IMG/VR virus record: IMGVR_UViG_3300028198_000003
Location: 1 to 61,047 of that record
Source of the DNA: a virus
Taxonomy: Duplodnaviria; Caudoviricetes
Reading direction: 5' to 3' (one strand)
Length of the DNA stretch: 61,047 nucleotides
Each line of letters starts with the position of its first letter. Position 1 is the first letter of the stretch. Shown here piece after piece: positions 1 through 8,759 of the stretch. The notes under the pieces are model-generated. The model searched no databases and was not told the origin of the DNA. It was given only the letters and a program-made list of their open reading frames with translations. A program made the translations under genes and the position numbers.

Positions 1-31
1 GTTTTGCAACTTTAGGTTTTGCAACTTTAGG
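1..31. repeat. 15-bp tandem repeat (gttttgcaactttag) encoding PKVAK
   Basis: Directly visible; the same unit occurs at ~61005-61047. Confidence 0.9.
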
Positions 32-85
32 CTTTTCATCTGGGTGTTTACAACTGTCGTCACATTTATGGAACTTTTTAGTCAT
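1..85 (-). CDS. 5' part of a small Lys/Pro-rich protein (MTKKFHKCDDSCKHPDEKPKVAKPKVAK...) running off the left end; probably continues at 60881-61047
   Basis: Translated by hand. ATG at 85 overlaps the end of the portal gene. The reading ends in PKVAK repeats that resume at the right end. Confidence 0.75.
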   Translation of the reverse strand, partial: MTKKFHKCDDSCKHPDEKPKVAKPKVAK

Positions 86-1943
86 TTTGTTCATCGTCCC
101 ATCTTTGTATATGACCAAACTCTTCGTTAACTATATCTCTTGCATTTCTTACTGTCATACCTGCATATTTTCTTAACTCTTCAACGGTCTTTGTCTTTTT
201 CCAACCAAAGTCCATTGCTGTTTGCAATGTTTTCTTTACTACGTCAAAGTTAGTTGGTGTTATACCATTAGGGAAATTCTTTTGTGACATTGATGTTCCA
301 CTACCAGATGAAGGGTGTCCTTGTGCAACTCCTCCCATGTCAGAAGGTCTACTTTCAACATGTTCGCCTTGTGCGTTTTGTCTTCCCTCTTCAGGTGCAG
401 CAGTTGACCTGCCTCTACCGTTTTTAAGTTCCTCGTTTTCATATTCCTGAACCTCTTTAGATATATTGTATTCTCCAGTGTGGGTTCTTTCTATTTTGAA
501 TCCCATCTGTTGTAGTTTTGCCATGTTGTCAATCTCTACACCTTCTCTTTGTAGTTCTGAAAGTTTGTCGTTCTCTTCTCCTGCTACAAGTTTAAGATCC
601 CAATCGTCAACTCCCATGACTTCTGCAAATTTCTTAAAGAATGATTTGTATAAAATATCCTGTCCCCATTTAACTGCTCTGTTTGTAATTGTAACTTGTA
701 ATCCTTCTTGTGACCAACCACCTACCATCTCTCCGTAGTATAATGGAAGTACACCATATACTGCACCAATGATTTGTCTTAACTCTTTTCTTACTTCAAT
801 GAATTGTAACTCTTGTAATGAACCAGTAAAGTCTATCCAGTTAGCCATGTTCTTTCCACCTTTGTCAGATTCAACCATAAGTGGGTGTATCATGTATGGA
901 TCTTCAGTTGCTTTTTGTTCTAATGCGTCCCATGATTTTCTGAATGTCTCGTAGTTTCTTGATGCAACAACAAGTAATCCTCGTGGTGGTCGCATTTTAT
1001 CAAAGTATTTTCTGACATATTCGTCCATGTGTGACAATGACATTGCCTTACTCCATATAGCGAATATAGGAGATAGACCATAAATTAAACTTGGTTTGTA
1101 TTTACCTGCTTTCCAAATAACTTCACCTTCACCGTAAATTACTCTCTTTGGGTGTGGAATACCTATAGAATATACAGAGTTTACTTCAATTATTGCCTTT
1201 AGGCATTTAGCGTTACATATATCACATCTGTCAGTGTATTGTCTCTTATCTCTGTGTTCAAATCTAGGACATACCCAAATCTTTTGTCTCTTATCATCAT
1301 AACCTATTCTACCATCAGAGTCAGCAATCATTGCAACTTGTGGTGGATCAATTCTTAAAAGTTCTTTAATTTCAGTTTTCAATGGATCTATTTCTCCTGA
1401 TATATCATCAATAAAATAATTCTTCAACAATAACATGTAAGCGTTATCTGCAATCTCCAAATCCCTTTCCAACTGTCTTGAAAGGTCTTCCATGTTTTGC
1501 ATGTTTCCATTTACAGGCTTGCTCATAATGTCTTCAAGAATCTTTCTGTGTTCTGGTACAGGTCTTCTCATATCATAACTTCCACATGAATCACACTGTA
1601 CTTTTTTCATATCTATTTTGTCTTCACTTTCATCGTGAATGTTTGGTGCATATTGGAATGTCTTTGCACAGTTTTCACATTTGTATTTGAATCTCTCTAC
1701 TATCTCAAAACCGTTCTTAAACATCTCACGGTTAAGTGTCTCAATAGGAATTCTAATAGCATCAATGTTATCTGCCAACTCATAGATCATAATGAGTGGG
1801 AATGGGAAAATTGGTAGTTTGGCACCTGTATCGGTACTCATATAAGGTTGTGCTATACTAGGTCTAGTCGTAGCATCAGTGTATCCTTTGTTTACTGGGG
1901 TTAGTGCTTTTCTTAATCCACTAAGAGAATCTCTAATACCCAT
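78..1943 (-). CDS. Portal protein with Cys-rich (Zn-ribbon-like) insertions
   Basis: 621 aa. Portal-like segments DLEIADNAYMLL, YGLSPI, YFDKMRPPRGLL, ELQFIEVRKELRQIIGAVYGV. Lies upstream of the head genes in circular order. Confidence 0.85.
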   Translation of the reverse strand: MGIRDSLSGLRKALTPVNKGYTDATTRPSIAQPYMSTDTGAKLPIFPFPLIMIYELADNIDAIRIPIETLNREMFKNGFEIVERFKYKCENCAKTFQYAPNIHDESEDKIDMKKVQCDSCGSYDMRRPVPEHRKILEDIMSKPVNGNMQNMEDLSRQLERDLEIADNAYMLLLKNYFIDDISGEIDPLKTEIKELLRIDPPQVAMIADSDGRIGYDDKRQKIWVCPRFEHRDKRQYTDRCDICNAKCLKAIIEVNSVYSIGIPHPKRVIYGEGEVIWKAGKYKPSLIYGLSPIFAIWSKAMSLSHMDEYVRKYFDKMRPPRGLLVVASRNYETFRKSWDALEQKATEDPYMIHPLMVESDKGGKNMANWIDFTGSLQELQFIEVRKELRQIIGAVYGVLPLYYGEMVGGWSQEGLQVTITNRAVKWGQDILYKSFFKKFAEVMGVDDWDLKLVAGEENDKLSELQREGVEIDNMAKLQQMGFKIERTHTGEYNISKEVQEYENEELKNGRGRSTAAPEEGRQNAQGEHVESRPSDMGGVAQGHPSSGSGTSMSQKNFPNGITPTNFDVVKKTLQTAMDFGWKKTKTVEELRKYAGMTVRNARDIVNEEFGHIQRWDDEQND

Positions 1944-2008
1944 GATATATCAGTAATTTGTTAGTTAATAAACTTTGTCTAATATTGTTAAAATTATGTC
2001 AGATTGTG

Positions 2009-2119
2009 TTATAGACTATGTTCAGGACATTTTGGGTGTTTACCAATTTCAGGGGTACACAAGCATTTTTTAACAGGTTTTTTTACCTCTTTTGGCTCAT
2101 TAAAGGACTTTTCTTCCAT
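2009..2119 (-). CDS. Small Cys/His protein (CLC...HPKCPEH)
   Basis: Likely real start is MEEKSF at 2119, with an AT-rich TATA-like sequence upstream. Confidence 0.5.
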   Translation of the reverse strand: MEEKSFNEPKEVKKPVKKCLCTPEIGKHPKCPEHSL

Positions 2120-2155
2120 TATAACACTTATATTACGACAAATATATAGTTTATT

Positions 2156-2353
2156 ATGCATCATTGTAAAGGAGTATGTCAGAGATATAGAGCACCACAT
2201 GGTAATAGAATGTATATACATGGTGGTAAGAGATGTACATTATGTGCATTGTTTGTAAAATGGGAAGGAATACACTGTCCTTGCTGTGGAACCAAATTAC
2301 GTGTCAAAATTCGTTCTAGGGCTATACCAATGTGTACATACAAAAGAATTTAA
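2156..2353 (+). CDS. Small Zn-binding protein, CPCC family paralog 1
   Basis: CKGVC...CTLC-FVKWEGIH-CPCCG. Confidence 0.75.
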   Translation: MHHCKGVCQRYRAPHGNRMYIHGGKRCTLCALFVKWEGIHCPCCGTKLRVKIRSRAIPMCTYKRI

Positions 2354-2375
2354 ACTACCTATTTAAAGAGATTAT

Positions 2376-2555
2376 ATGGTTGACTTTACTGTAACCGACT
2401 ATAAAACCCTATTAGTATGGTTTGAGTTGGCATTTGCTAAACTACCTAAATCATCAATATCTACTGATGATAAGAAAACATTTTGGAAACTTACATTTTT
2501 ATCCGAAGACGCTGTCAAAGAAGCAAGAGAAAAAGAAGAAGAAGATGAGAGTTAA
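2376..2555 (+). CDS. Hypothetical 59-aa protein (MVDFTVTDYKTLLVWFELAFAK...)
   Basis: Translated by hand; below the ORF-track cutoff. Preceded by a tatttaaa box; acidic C-terminus. Confidence 0.7.
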   Translation: MVDFTVTDYKTLLVWFELAFAKLPKSSISTDDKKTFWKLTFLSEDAVKEAREKEEEDES

Positions 2556-2586
2556 ACCTATAAATAAGGTAGTGTATTAATATAAT

Positions 2587-2682
2587 TGGTTGTCAGGGAT
2601 TACCCACCGTTAAGTCGGGAATAATAAGGTAGCCCTCTTAAACCACCTAATAATAACTCGATAAGGGAACGGTTGTTATTAG
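2587..2682 (+). ncRNA. Putative small structured RNA
   Basis: TATA-like tataaata at ~2559. Stems tggtt/aacca and agggattacc/ggtagccct, plus hairpin ctaataataact/ggttgttattag with G-U pairs on +. No ORF. Confidence 0.35.
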
Positions 2683-2740
2683 TGTTTACTTTATATAGTA
2701 GTGTCATGTATATATGTTACTAGGTAACTAGCGTTCTATC

Positions 2741-2780
2741 AGGTCGATAGTGGACAAACACGTAAGATTTGTCCCGACCT
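2741..2780. other. Strong intergenic hairpin (aggtcg..ggacaaa / tttgtcc cgacct)
   Basis: Visible inverted repeat downstream of a tttatata box at ~2690. Confidence 0.5.
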
Positions 2781-2818
2781 ATAATAAGATTAATATAGGG
2801 TGTGTTCATAACATAATT

Positions 2819-3016
2819 ATGAATATACCTTTATTCTTTATAGGTTTGTTTTTAACTTTTACATTATTCCTAACTCCAGTAGGATTGATATTATTGTATG
2901 TATCTTTCAAACTTAACAATAAGACAGAAACAGTTGAAAGAAGATGCAAATACAAAGATGAAAATGGATATGAAATGAATACATACGATGAAGAACTGTT
3001 AGAAAATTTGCGTTAG
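2819..3016 (+). CDS. Small membrane protein
   Basis: Hydrophobic N-terminus (IPLFFIGLFLTFTLFLTPVGLILLYV). ATG 2819 preferred over GTG 2750. Confidence 0.7.
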   Translation: MNIPLFFIGLFLTFTLFLTPVGLILLYVSFKLNNKTETVERRCKYKDENGYEMNTYDEELLENLR

Positions 3017-3058
3017 ATATGCAAACATTTAATTAAGGCTAACATAGTATAACTACTT

Positions 3059-3277
3059 ATGAAAGGCTGCAAAGGATTATGTGACAGAATACCTGATAAT
3101 AGACCATTTGGAAACGCATACAAAACACATGTATTATGTAGACGTTGCGACAAATGGATAGAGAAAATTTACTTAGTTAATGAAAACTGTCCTTGCTGTA
3201 AACGTAGACCAAAAACAGTTTCAAGAAAAAATAAGAGAGAGACAGCAGTTAGATATGACATTCCAATACATGTTTAA
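3059..3277 (+). CDS. Small Zn-binding protein, CPCC family paralog 2
   Basis: CKGLC...CRRC...CPCC. Confidence 0.75.
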   Translation: MKGCKGLCDRIPDNRPFGNAYKTHVLCRRCDKWIEKIYLVNENCPCCKRRPKTVSRKNKRETAVRYDIPIHV

Positions 3278-3317
3278 TTCGATACGTTTATATTAGATAT
3301 ATATATCATACTATGTA

Positions 3318-4109
3318 ATGATAGGAATGACAACAATAGCACCAATAGTAGTTATGCTAGTTATCTTTGTAACTCTAATTGGATTTGCTTATGCAGAAAC
3401 ACCAGATCGTGTTACGGTTGACACTTTTCCTTTTGAAATCACAATGATGGAAGAGGGGGAACTTACAATAATTAACACTGGCAGTGTAACACACACGTTT
3501 AATCTAAGTGGTGGATTTTCTCATACAGTTGAAGCTGGAGAAGGATTGGTATTTAATTTACCTGATTACATGACAGCAGATAACACTGACGGTTGGTATC
3601 TATTTGACGAGGCTACGGGGGGATATAACATTATTCATACCGAAGCAGTCTATGTAGCACCACCACAACCAGTGTATGTCGCACCAGTGTACGTTGAACC
3701 GACACCAGAGCCAGTAGTAGCGAAGCCTTTAGAGGTGGTAACTACAAGCACTGGTATCAACAATGTCGCAACATACGACGGGGACGTTGACGCAAAGGCT
3801 TTACAAATAGCACTTGCAGATGTTACGGCAAACTTTAACAAGTCAGTTGAGAAGATAGCAGAGCAAAGAACGGAAATTGAGTTGCTTAACGCAAACGTAA
3901 CTTTGTTGCAAGTACAACAACAAGTCGTAACAGTTGACACAACAGAACTGGACAACAAAGTGTTGGCACTACAGGCAAACAATACGAGCCTAGCAAATGA
4001 AATAACCACCATCACAAACGACAGAGATGAGTGGAAGGCATTGGCAGAGAACTGGTATGGCGTTGCAATGGCACAACTAAAAGTCATGGTTAATATCTTA
4101 GGATTATAA
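3318..4109 (+). CDS. Secreted/membrane-anchored protein: cupredoxin-like domain, Pro-rich linker, C-terminal coiled coil
   Basis: Signal peptide ending AYA; LTIINTGSVTHTF...VEAGE...GWYLF resembles a plastocyanin-like fold; YVAP repeats; heptad-rich C-terminus. Confidence 0.65.
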   Translation: MIGMTTIAPIVVMLVIFVTLIGFAYAETPDRVTVDTFPFEITMMEEGELTIINTGSVTHTFNLSGGFSHTVEAGEGLVFNLPDYMTADNTDGWYLFDEATGGYNIIHTEAVYVAPPQPVYVAPVYVEPTPEPVVAKPLEVVTTSTGINNVATYDGDVDAKALQIALADVTANFNKSVEKIAEQRTEIELLNANVTLLQVQQQVVTVDTTELDNKVLALQANNTSLANEITTITNDRDEWKALAENWYGVAMAQLKVMVNILGL

Positions 4110-4338
4110 CCTAACTTTCTTTTTATTTTTTCAGTTACGTTTATATAGATGGTTATTAGTGGTAATGTATGGTAACAAAAGACATATCAGAACAATACTT
4201 TGATTTTTGTGATAGTGTATATGAGAACTGGAAACTAGCCAGTCAGTCATATTATATCTCATACATCAAACCATACGTCAAATAGACGTCTTTTTTTTTA
4301 TTAGATAGATTTATATAACGTTTGGGTGTAATAATAAC

Positions 4339-4563
4339 ATGATAGGATCAAAACAAATACAAATGATGATGTGTATTGCGTGTCAAAAATTAATCGCTGT
4401 ACATAGTAAACGTGACTTAGGACGCTGCCTATTTCGAGTGCAGGGAACTTTGATAGCCGAAGGCAAAAAACGAGTTGACGGGGACATTGAGAAATACAAA
4501 TCAAAATCCTTACCAGAATTGAATGAAGGCTTTGTAAAACAAGGCGAGGAGAAAATGCAATGA
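4339..4563 (+). CDS. Small Zn-finger-like protein (CIAC..H..C)
   Basis: ORF track; tttatata box upstream. Confidence 0.65.
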   Translation: MIGSKQIQMMMCIACQKLIAVHSKRDLGRCLFRVQGTLIAEGKKRVDGDIEKYKSKSLPELNEGFVKQGEEKMQ

Positions 4564-4772
4564 CTTGGGACTGTGACGAGTGCTATTCGCAAAAACAACT
4601 TTGCGAGGATTGCGAAAGCAAGGACTGTCCTTCATGCAAGAACATTAAAAATTTGCTTTTTAACACAAGCATTATAGCCTACGCATTAGATGATAATAAA
4701 AGTATAACGTGCAACAACGGACATACAATCTTCAAGCCTGAAGAGACTACCACGTTTGGAGTCATGCTGTGA
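4560..4772 (+). CDS. Small Cys-rich protein
   Basis: CDEC, CEDC, CPSC, CNNGH; ATGA overlap with the previous gene. Confidence 0.65.
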   Translation: MTWDCDECYSQKQLCEDCESKDCPSCKNIKNLLFNTSIIAYALDDNKSITCNNGHTIFKPEETTTFGVML

Positions 4773-5001
4773 GGGAATGAAAATGACCAGAACAATAAGA
4801 AAACGTGATACCAAACACCCTACTAGGGACGGTAATCACAACCCTGTATGCAAAGATCCAGATAACTGTGAGGATTGTAAAAATGAATAAAGTAATGACT
4901 GGTACGCCAAGACTTCATCCTTACTGTTTGATATGTAAAGAGTCATACATGGACTTTTGTGTTCTACATCATCATATTAAGGGCAGTTGGGAGATGAGGG
5001 A

Positions 5002-5199
5002 ATGAAACTAACCAAAGACAGATTCACTACATGGGAAGACATAAACGATAATGACTATGAAAAAGAATATGACGATGAGTTAATGATCAAAGTTTATCCA
5101 AACGAATCAAGTGTAGAGATAGCAGATTATATCTTATCGTTACAAGAACAAGTAGACAAGTTAAAAGCGGAATTAGCAAAGCATGAGGGTAAAGCATGA
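5002..5199 (+). CDS. Small acidic protein with C-terminal coiled coil
   Basis: MKLTKDRF start preceded by an SD-like gaggg. Confidence 0.6.
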   Translation: MKLTKDRFTTWEDINDNDYEKEYDDELMIKVYPNESSVEIADYILSLQEQVDKLKAELAKHEGKA

Positions 5200-5275
5200 G
5201 GGAGTGTGTGTGGTGCGTGATAGAACTAAAGTACCAAATGCAACTACCCAACCATACATGTGACGGGAGAAAATA

Positions 5276-5491
5276 ATGGCTTTAATTTGTAAAAACACAT
5301 GCCTAGAGCCTATATATGAACATAGGAAAACTGTAAGGCATATAGCAGAAACAGATTATAAAAAATGCAGCAAGTGCTGTGTATTTATAAAGTGGGAAGG
5401 TATATTTTGTCCTTGTTGTGGCGTACGCCTATCCAATAGAGCAAAGAATAACAAGGCTAGGCAGAGAAGGAATATAAAAATTGTCTTATAG
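5276..5491 (+). CDS. Small Zn-binding protein, CPCC family paralog 3
   Basis: CKNTC...CSKC-FIKWEGIF-CPCCG; clearly similar to 2156-2353. Confidence 0.75.
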   Translation: MALICKNTCLEPIYEHRKTVRHIAETDYKKCSKCCVFIKWEGIFCPCCGVRLSNRAKNNKARQRRNIKIVL

Positions 5492-5984
5492 ACCTGAAGA
5501 AGAAAAAGACTTGGAGGAGGAAGACTATGACTGTTAAACGAAAGACTTTTATATATAAATGAATTAATCATATTATGTATCAAGACAAAAAATTGAGACA
5601 AGATCATTTGGTTGAATTTAAGCGTGTATACGATAGGGTTTCTAAAGAGCCTAATCCTAACGAGTATAGACTTAAAAGGATACAGGAATGTATAAAAAGA
5701 TGTCAAGACTAATTAAGTTCATGACTAGCCTGTTTCATAAACATAATGATAATATTACAGGCATGTGTCATAGTTGTTGGAAGAGTAATGTTACTATTGA
5801 GGATAGGAGATTGATATTATGTCATGGTTGCTGTCAGGCTTCTTAACTGGGCTCAAAAAATCCTTCTCAGGCAGGGATTTTCTTAGAGATATAAATCAAT
5901 GCGTAAAGTGTGGTAAGCCCTCCTTTTTTTCATCGTGCCTAAAATGTGAAGTTGATGATGCTTATAAAGGTTGGAATAAACAAA

Positions 5985-6203
5985 ATGAACGATAAGGTAC
6001 AGCATTTTATAGTAGGCTTGTGCCTAAGTCTTACAGGCGTGTTTTTCTTCCCGTTAATAATAACAGGGTTTATATTTGGTATAGGCAAGGAACTCTACGA
6101 CTATGTTACTGGCAGAGGCGTAGCAGAATGGAAAGATATGTATGCCACTTTTTATGGTGCAGCCCTAGGCTCAGTAATAGTATGGATAGTATTGATACTA
6201 TGA
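5985..6203 (+). CDS. Small membrane protein (DKxxHF...KE..D...D motif, VanZ/YfiM-like)
   Basis: MNDKVQHF start; three hydrophobic segments; GKELYD and WKDMYAT motifs. Confidence 0.6.
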   Translation: MNDKVQHFIVGLCLSLTGVFFFPLIITGFIFGIGKELYDYVTGRGVAEWKDMYATFYGAALGSVIVWIVLIL

Positions 6204-6287
6204 CCAAATGTCCTCGTTGTAAAAAGGTTTATGACTCCCCTTGGCAAGAGTGTTATAAATGTATCGAAACAGTGTACCCCGAAACCT

Positions 6288-6392
6288 GAGCCTATTTGAG
6301 CCTAGTTGTATCCGTATTTTTTTCCGATTGAGTTGTAATTTTTTTCCGATTTCGTATATATAGGTTTCCTAAAATTCGTTTTTTTTCCATAG
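6288..6392. repeat. Short direct repeats and spaced T-tracts (gagccta x2, agttgta x2, tttttttccgatt x2)
   Basis: Directly visible in non-coding DNA. Confidence 0.6.
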
Positions 6393-6439
6393 CCACTAGG
6401 CACGCTATTAACGTTCCTAAACAGTGTGGAAATGTTATA

Positions 6440-6996
6440 TGTCTCGGACGCCTACTAATATTGTAGATTACTACGGCTTCACGCCTACGGGCGTCGGGCA
6501 GTAGTGATTAGCACACACGCCATACCAACTCGGTAGGCGTCTTATAGTTAGCATTGTATAGTGGACGCTCATTAGTAGGCTTACCTAGCCTGTACTAACT
6601 ACGTTCAAAGTTAATCTCAACAAAGATTATTGAGAGAGCACAGCAGTGTGTGAAGCCAATAGTCGAGAGTGTCAACTGAGAGCACCCATTGATAGTATTA
6701 ATGACCTAGAACGCTTAGTGTCGAGTGTGAGTGCCACTGCTCGTGGACGAGAGTGAATGAAGCGAGTAATTCAGAGAATAGACTGGACTCTGTTTATACA
6801 ACGTAGTGATACGACGAAACTGTTGAGAATCTGAACATTTATGACATTGTTCGGTAAATCAAAAATGGACTCCCTTAGTGGATAGAACATTCTCAACAAT
6901 CAAGACGCAAGCAAACTCGGTAGGAAAGGTTAGCAATAACTATAACTATCGAGGGCAAAATCTTTTACTAATACCCCTTTCGTGCCTGCTTTTTTT
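6440..6996 (+). ncRNA. Putative large structured non-coding RNA (RNA-1, ~550 nt), family unknown
   Basis: ORF-free and GC-richer than its flanks. Stems gacgcctac 6447-6455/gtaggcgtc 6533-6541, acgcc-TACG-ggcgt (UNCG loop), actacgtt 6598-6605/aacgtagt 6800-6807, tgttgagaat 6821-6830/attctcaaca 6889-6898. Ends in a T-tract. Confidence 0.6.
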
Positions 6997-7106
6997 AATT
7001 GGCACATTCCCCTAGCACTTGTAGTGATAGAATTAGAAAGGGTTATATACCACGTGCTCGCCCAGTATTCCAACAGAATAACTAGGCATAAGATAGCAAA
7101 CAAAGC

Positions 7107-7727
7107 GTGAGTTTATATAACAATACTTCTATTTCTATTGATTACTCTATGTGTGGGGAAAGAATGGAGTCAACCATTAGTAAATCTAAGATAGTCACAA
7201 ATATGGAAGCCATTAAGAACATAATGACTGACATACATAACGGTGACTCAACTATTATCAAAGGTTATCAAGCGATTGGTGACTATTCCGATAATAAATC
7301 CCCTGATTTTTTCAAAGGTGGTAGGTGTAGTTTCGATATTATTATCGAACCACCGACCGAACGCCTAGACTATTGGTCTTTGGGTGTGTTCGCAACTAGA
7401 AAGGCTATTGATATGCTAGCAATGGCGTGTCAATCCAATTCTGTTGCCTATGATGATATACTTGCTATGTCACATAGAACTGATAGGCACTATCACGGCT
7501 CTGAAGATAACTTCAAAGCTGAGACAGGTTTCTTATCAGCACTCATTACTCAATCAACAAGGCGTGCAAGACATGGTTTTGTATTGAAAACCACCCATTT
7601 CCCTGCCTCGAAAGAGATGATGGATAAGGTGTTTATTACAGTACAAGACGTCTTAGTGCAAGCAATACAAGAAGCTTCTACTTTGTCATTGTACAAACAG
7701 AGAAGATTCATGGAGTCATTATCTTGA
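7107..7727 (+). CDS. Hypothetical protein, first gene of the probable early operon (true start likely ATG 7149 or 7164)
   Basis: ORF track; tttatata box at ~7112. Confidence 0.7.
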   Translation: MSLYNNTSISIDYSMCGERMESTISKSKIVTNMEAIKNIMTDIHNGDSTIIKGYQAIGDYSDNKSPDFFKGGRCSFDIIIEPPTERLDYWSLGVFATRKAIDMLAMACQSNSVAYDDILAMSHRTDRHYHGSEDNFKAETGFLSALITQSTRRARHGFVLKTTHFPASKEMMDKVFITVQDVLVQAIQEASTLSLYKQRRFMESLS

Positions 7728-8758
7728 TAGTGACTGCAACAAAACGAAAGACGGTAAAAGATGACTACGCATACAAACATGTCAACCGTATAGGAGAGGA
7801 AGACGAGGGAGCACACCCTGCTCACCGTAGAGAATCCTCTTCATTTCATGGCGACTCATCAGTAGAGGTGAGTGGTAATGAAGGATACGAATGTGATGGC
7901 GATTGCGATTACGATTGTGATTGTGATGGTTGTCGTGTGTGTGATAACTGTGATACTTCACATGAAGATTGTGAATGTATAGATTGTAAACGTTGTAACG
8001 ACTGTGATAGAAGATTAGATAACTGTAGCTGTTATATAACTTCAGCAGTTGCTGATGATTGTGATGAATGTAGATTCATTCACCCAAGTTGTGCATGTGA
8101 TGAGGAATCAGAAGCATGTGGACAACATCAACGTGACGCATTTGAAGACAACTGTTATACTGACTGTGATAGCACATACCAACATTGTGAAGGCGACTGT
8201 GGTTGTGAGATATATCACGAATGTGGTATGAATGACGACAGTGGTTTAGTTGATGGCGAGATGGTTAGTCCACCATTATTACCTGCCCAGATGGCAGAAT
8301 GGTCTAGAGAAAACTATCCATCAGAAGTTAATACTTCATGTGGTAGTCACCAACATACATCATTCAAACTCATGAAAGACTATTGTATAGCATTAGATAG
8401 AGAATTAGAAACCTATCTAATACAAAGATTAGCCTCATGGGGCAAGAAAAATAATATAAATGCAGGCAGTGCATTGTATAATAGACTTGCAGGCGACAAG
8501 CATTGGTGTAGGAAAGGTTATAGAGGATATGACCAGCTAATTACATCAGAGAAATCAGATTGTAGGTATCAGATAATTAATTACTGCTACCTATTACATG
8601 GCACAGTTGAAGTGCGTGTACTACCAGCATTTGCTCAGGTAGAATTGAATGTATCTGCTCACAAAGAACTTACGAGAGCTATTGAGCAGTTTATAGAAGA
8701 CAACAAAGACTCGTTACAACAACGCAGAAAGACAATAACAATGGAGGTGATGGTCTAA
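7724..8758 (+). CDS. COOH-NH2 ligase (putative amidoligase, Amidoligase_2-like) with large Cys-rich insertion
   Basis: Ordered motifs IGEEDEG (GxExE), HGDSS, GEMVSPP, VNTSCGSHQH, RYQIIN, GTVEVR match the glutamine-synthetase-like amidoligase pattern. Confidence 0.8.
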   Translation: MIVTATKRKTVKDDYAYKHVNRIGEEDEGAHPAHRRESSSFHGDSSVEVSGNEGYECDGDCDYDCDCDGCRVCDNCDTSHEDCECIDCKRCNDCDRRLDNCSCYITSAVADDCDECRFIHPSCACDEESEACGQHQRDAFEDNCYTDCDSTYQHCEGDCGCEIYHECGMNDDSGLVDGEMVSPPLLPAQMAEWSRENYPSEVNTSCGSHQHTSFKLMKDYCIALDRELETYLIQRLASWGKKNNINAGSALYNRLAGDKHWCRKGYRGYDQLITSEKSDCRYQIINYCYLLHGTVEVRVLPAFAQVELNVSAHKELTRAIEQFIEDNKDSLQQRRKTITMEVMV

Positions 8759-8759
8759 A

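Noticed and set aside
6440-6996. RNase P, SRP RNA, tmRNA, hammerhead or group I/II intron identity for RNA-1 (also considered for RNA-2 and RNA-3)
   Set aside because: Diagnostic cores (GAGGAAAGUCC, SRP helix 8, CUGANGA with GAAA, P7 or domain V) were not found by eye; only partial look-alikes such as cgaaac.
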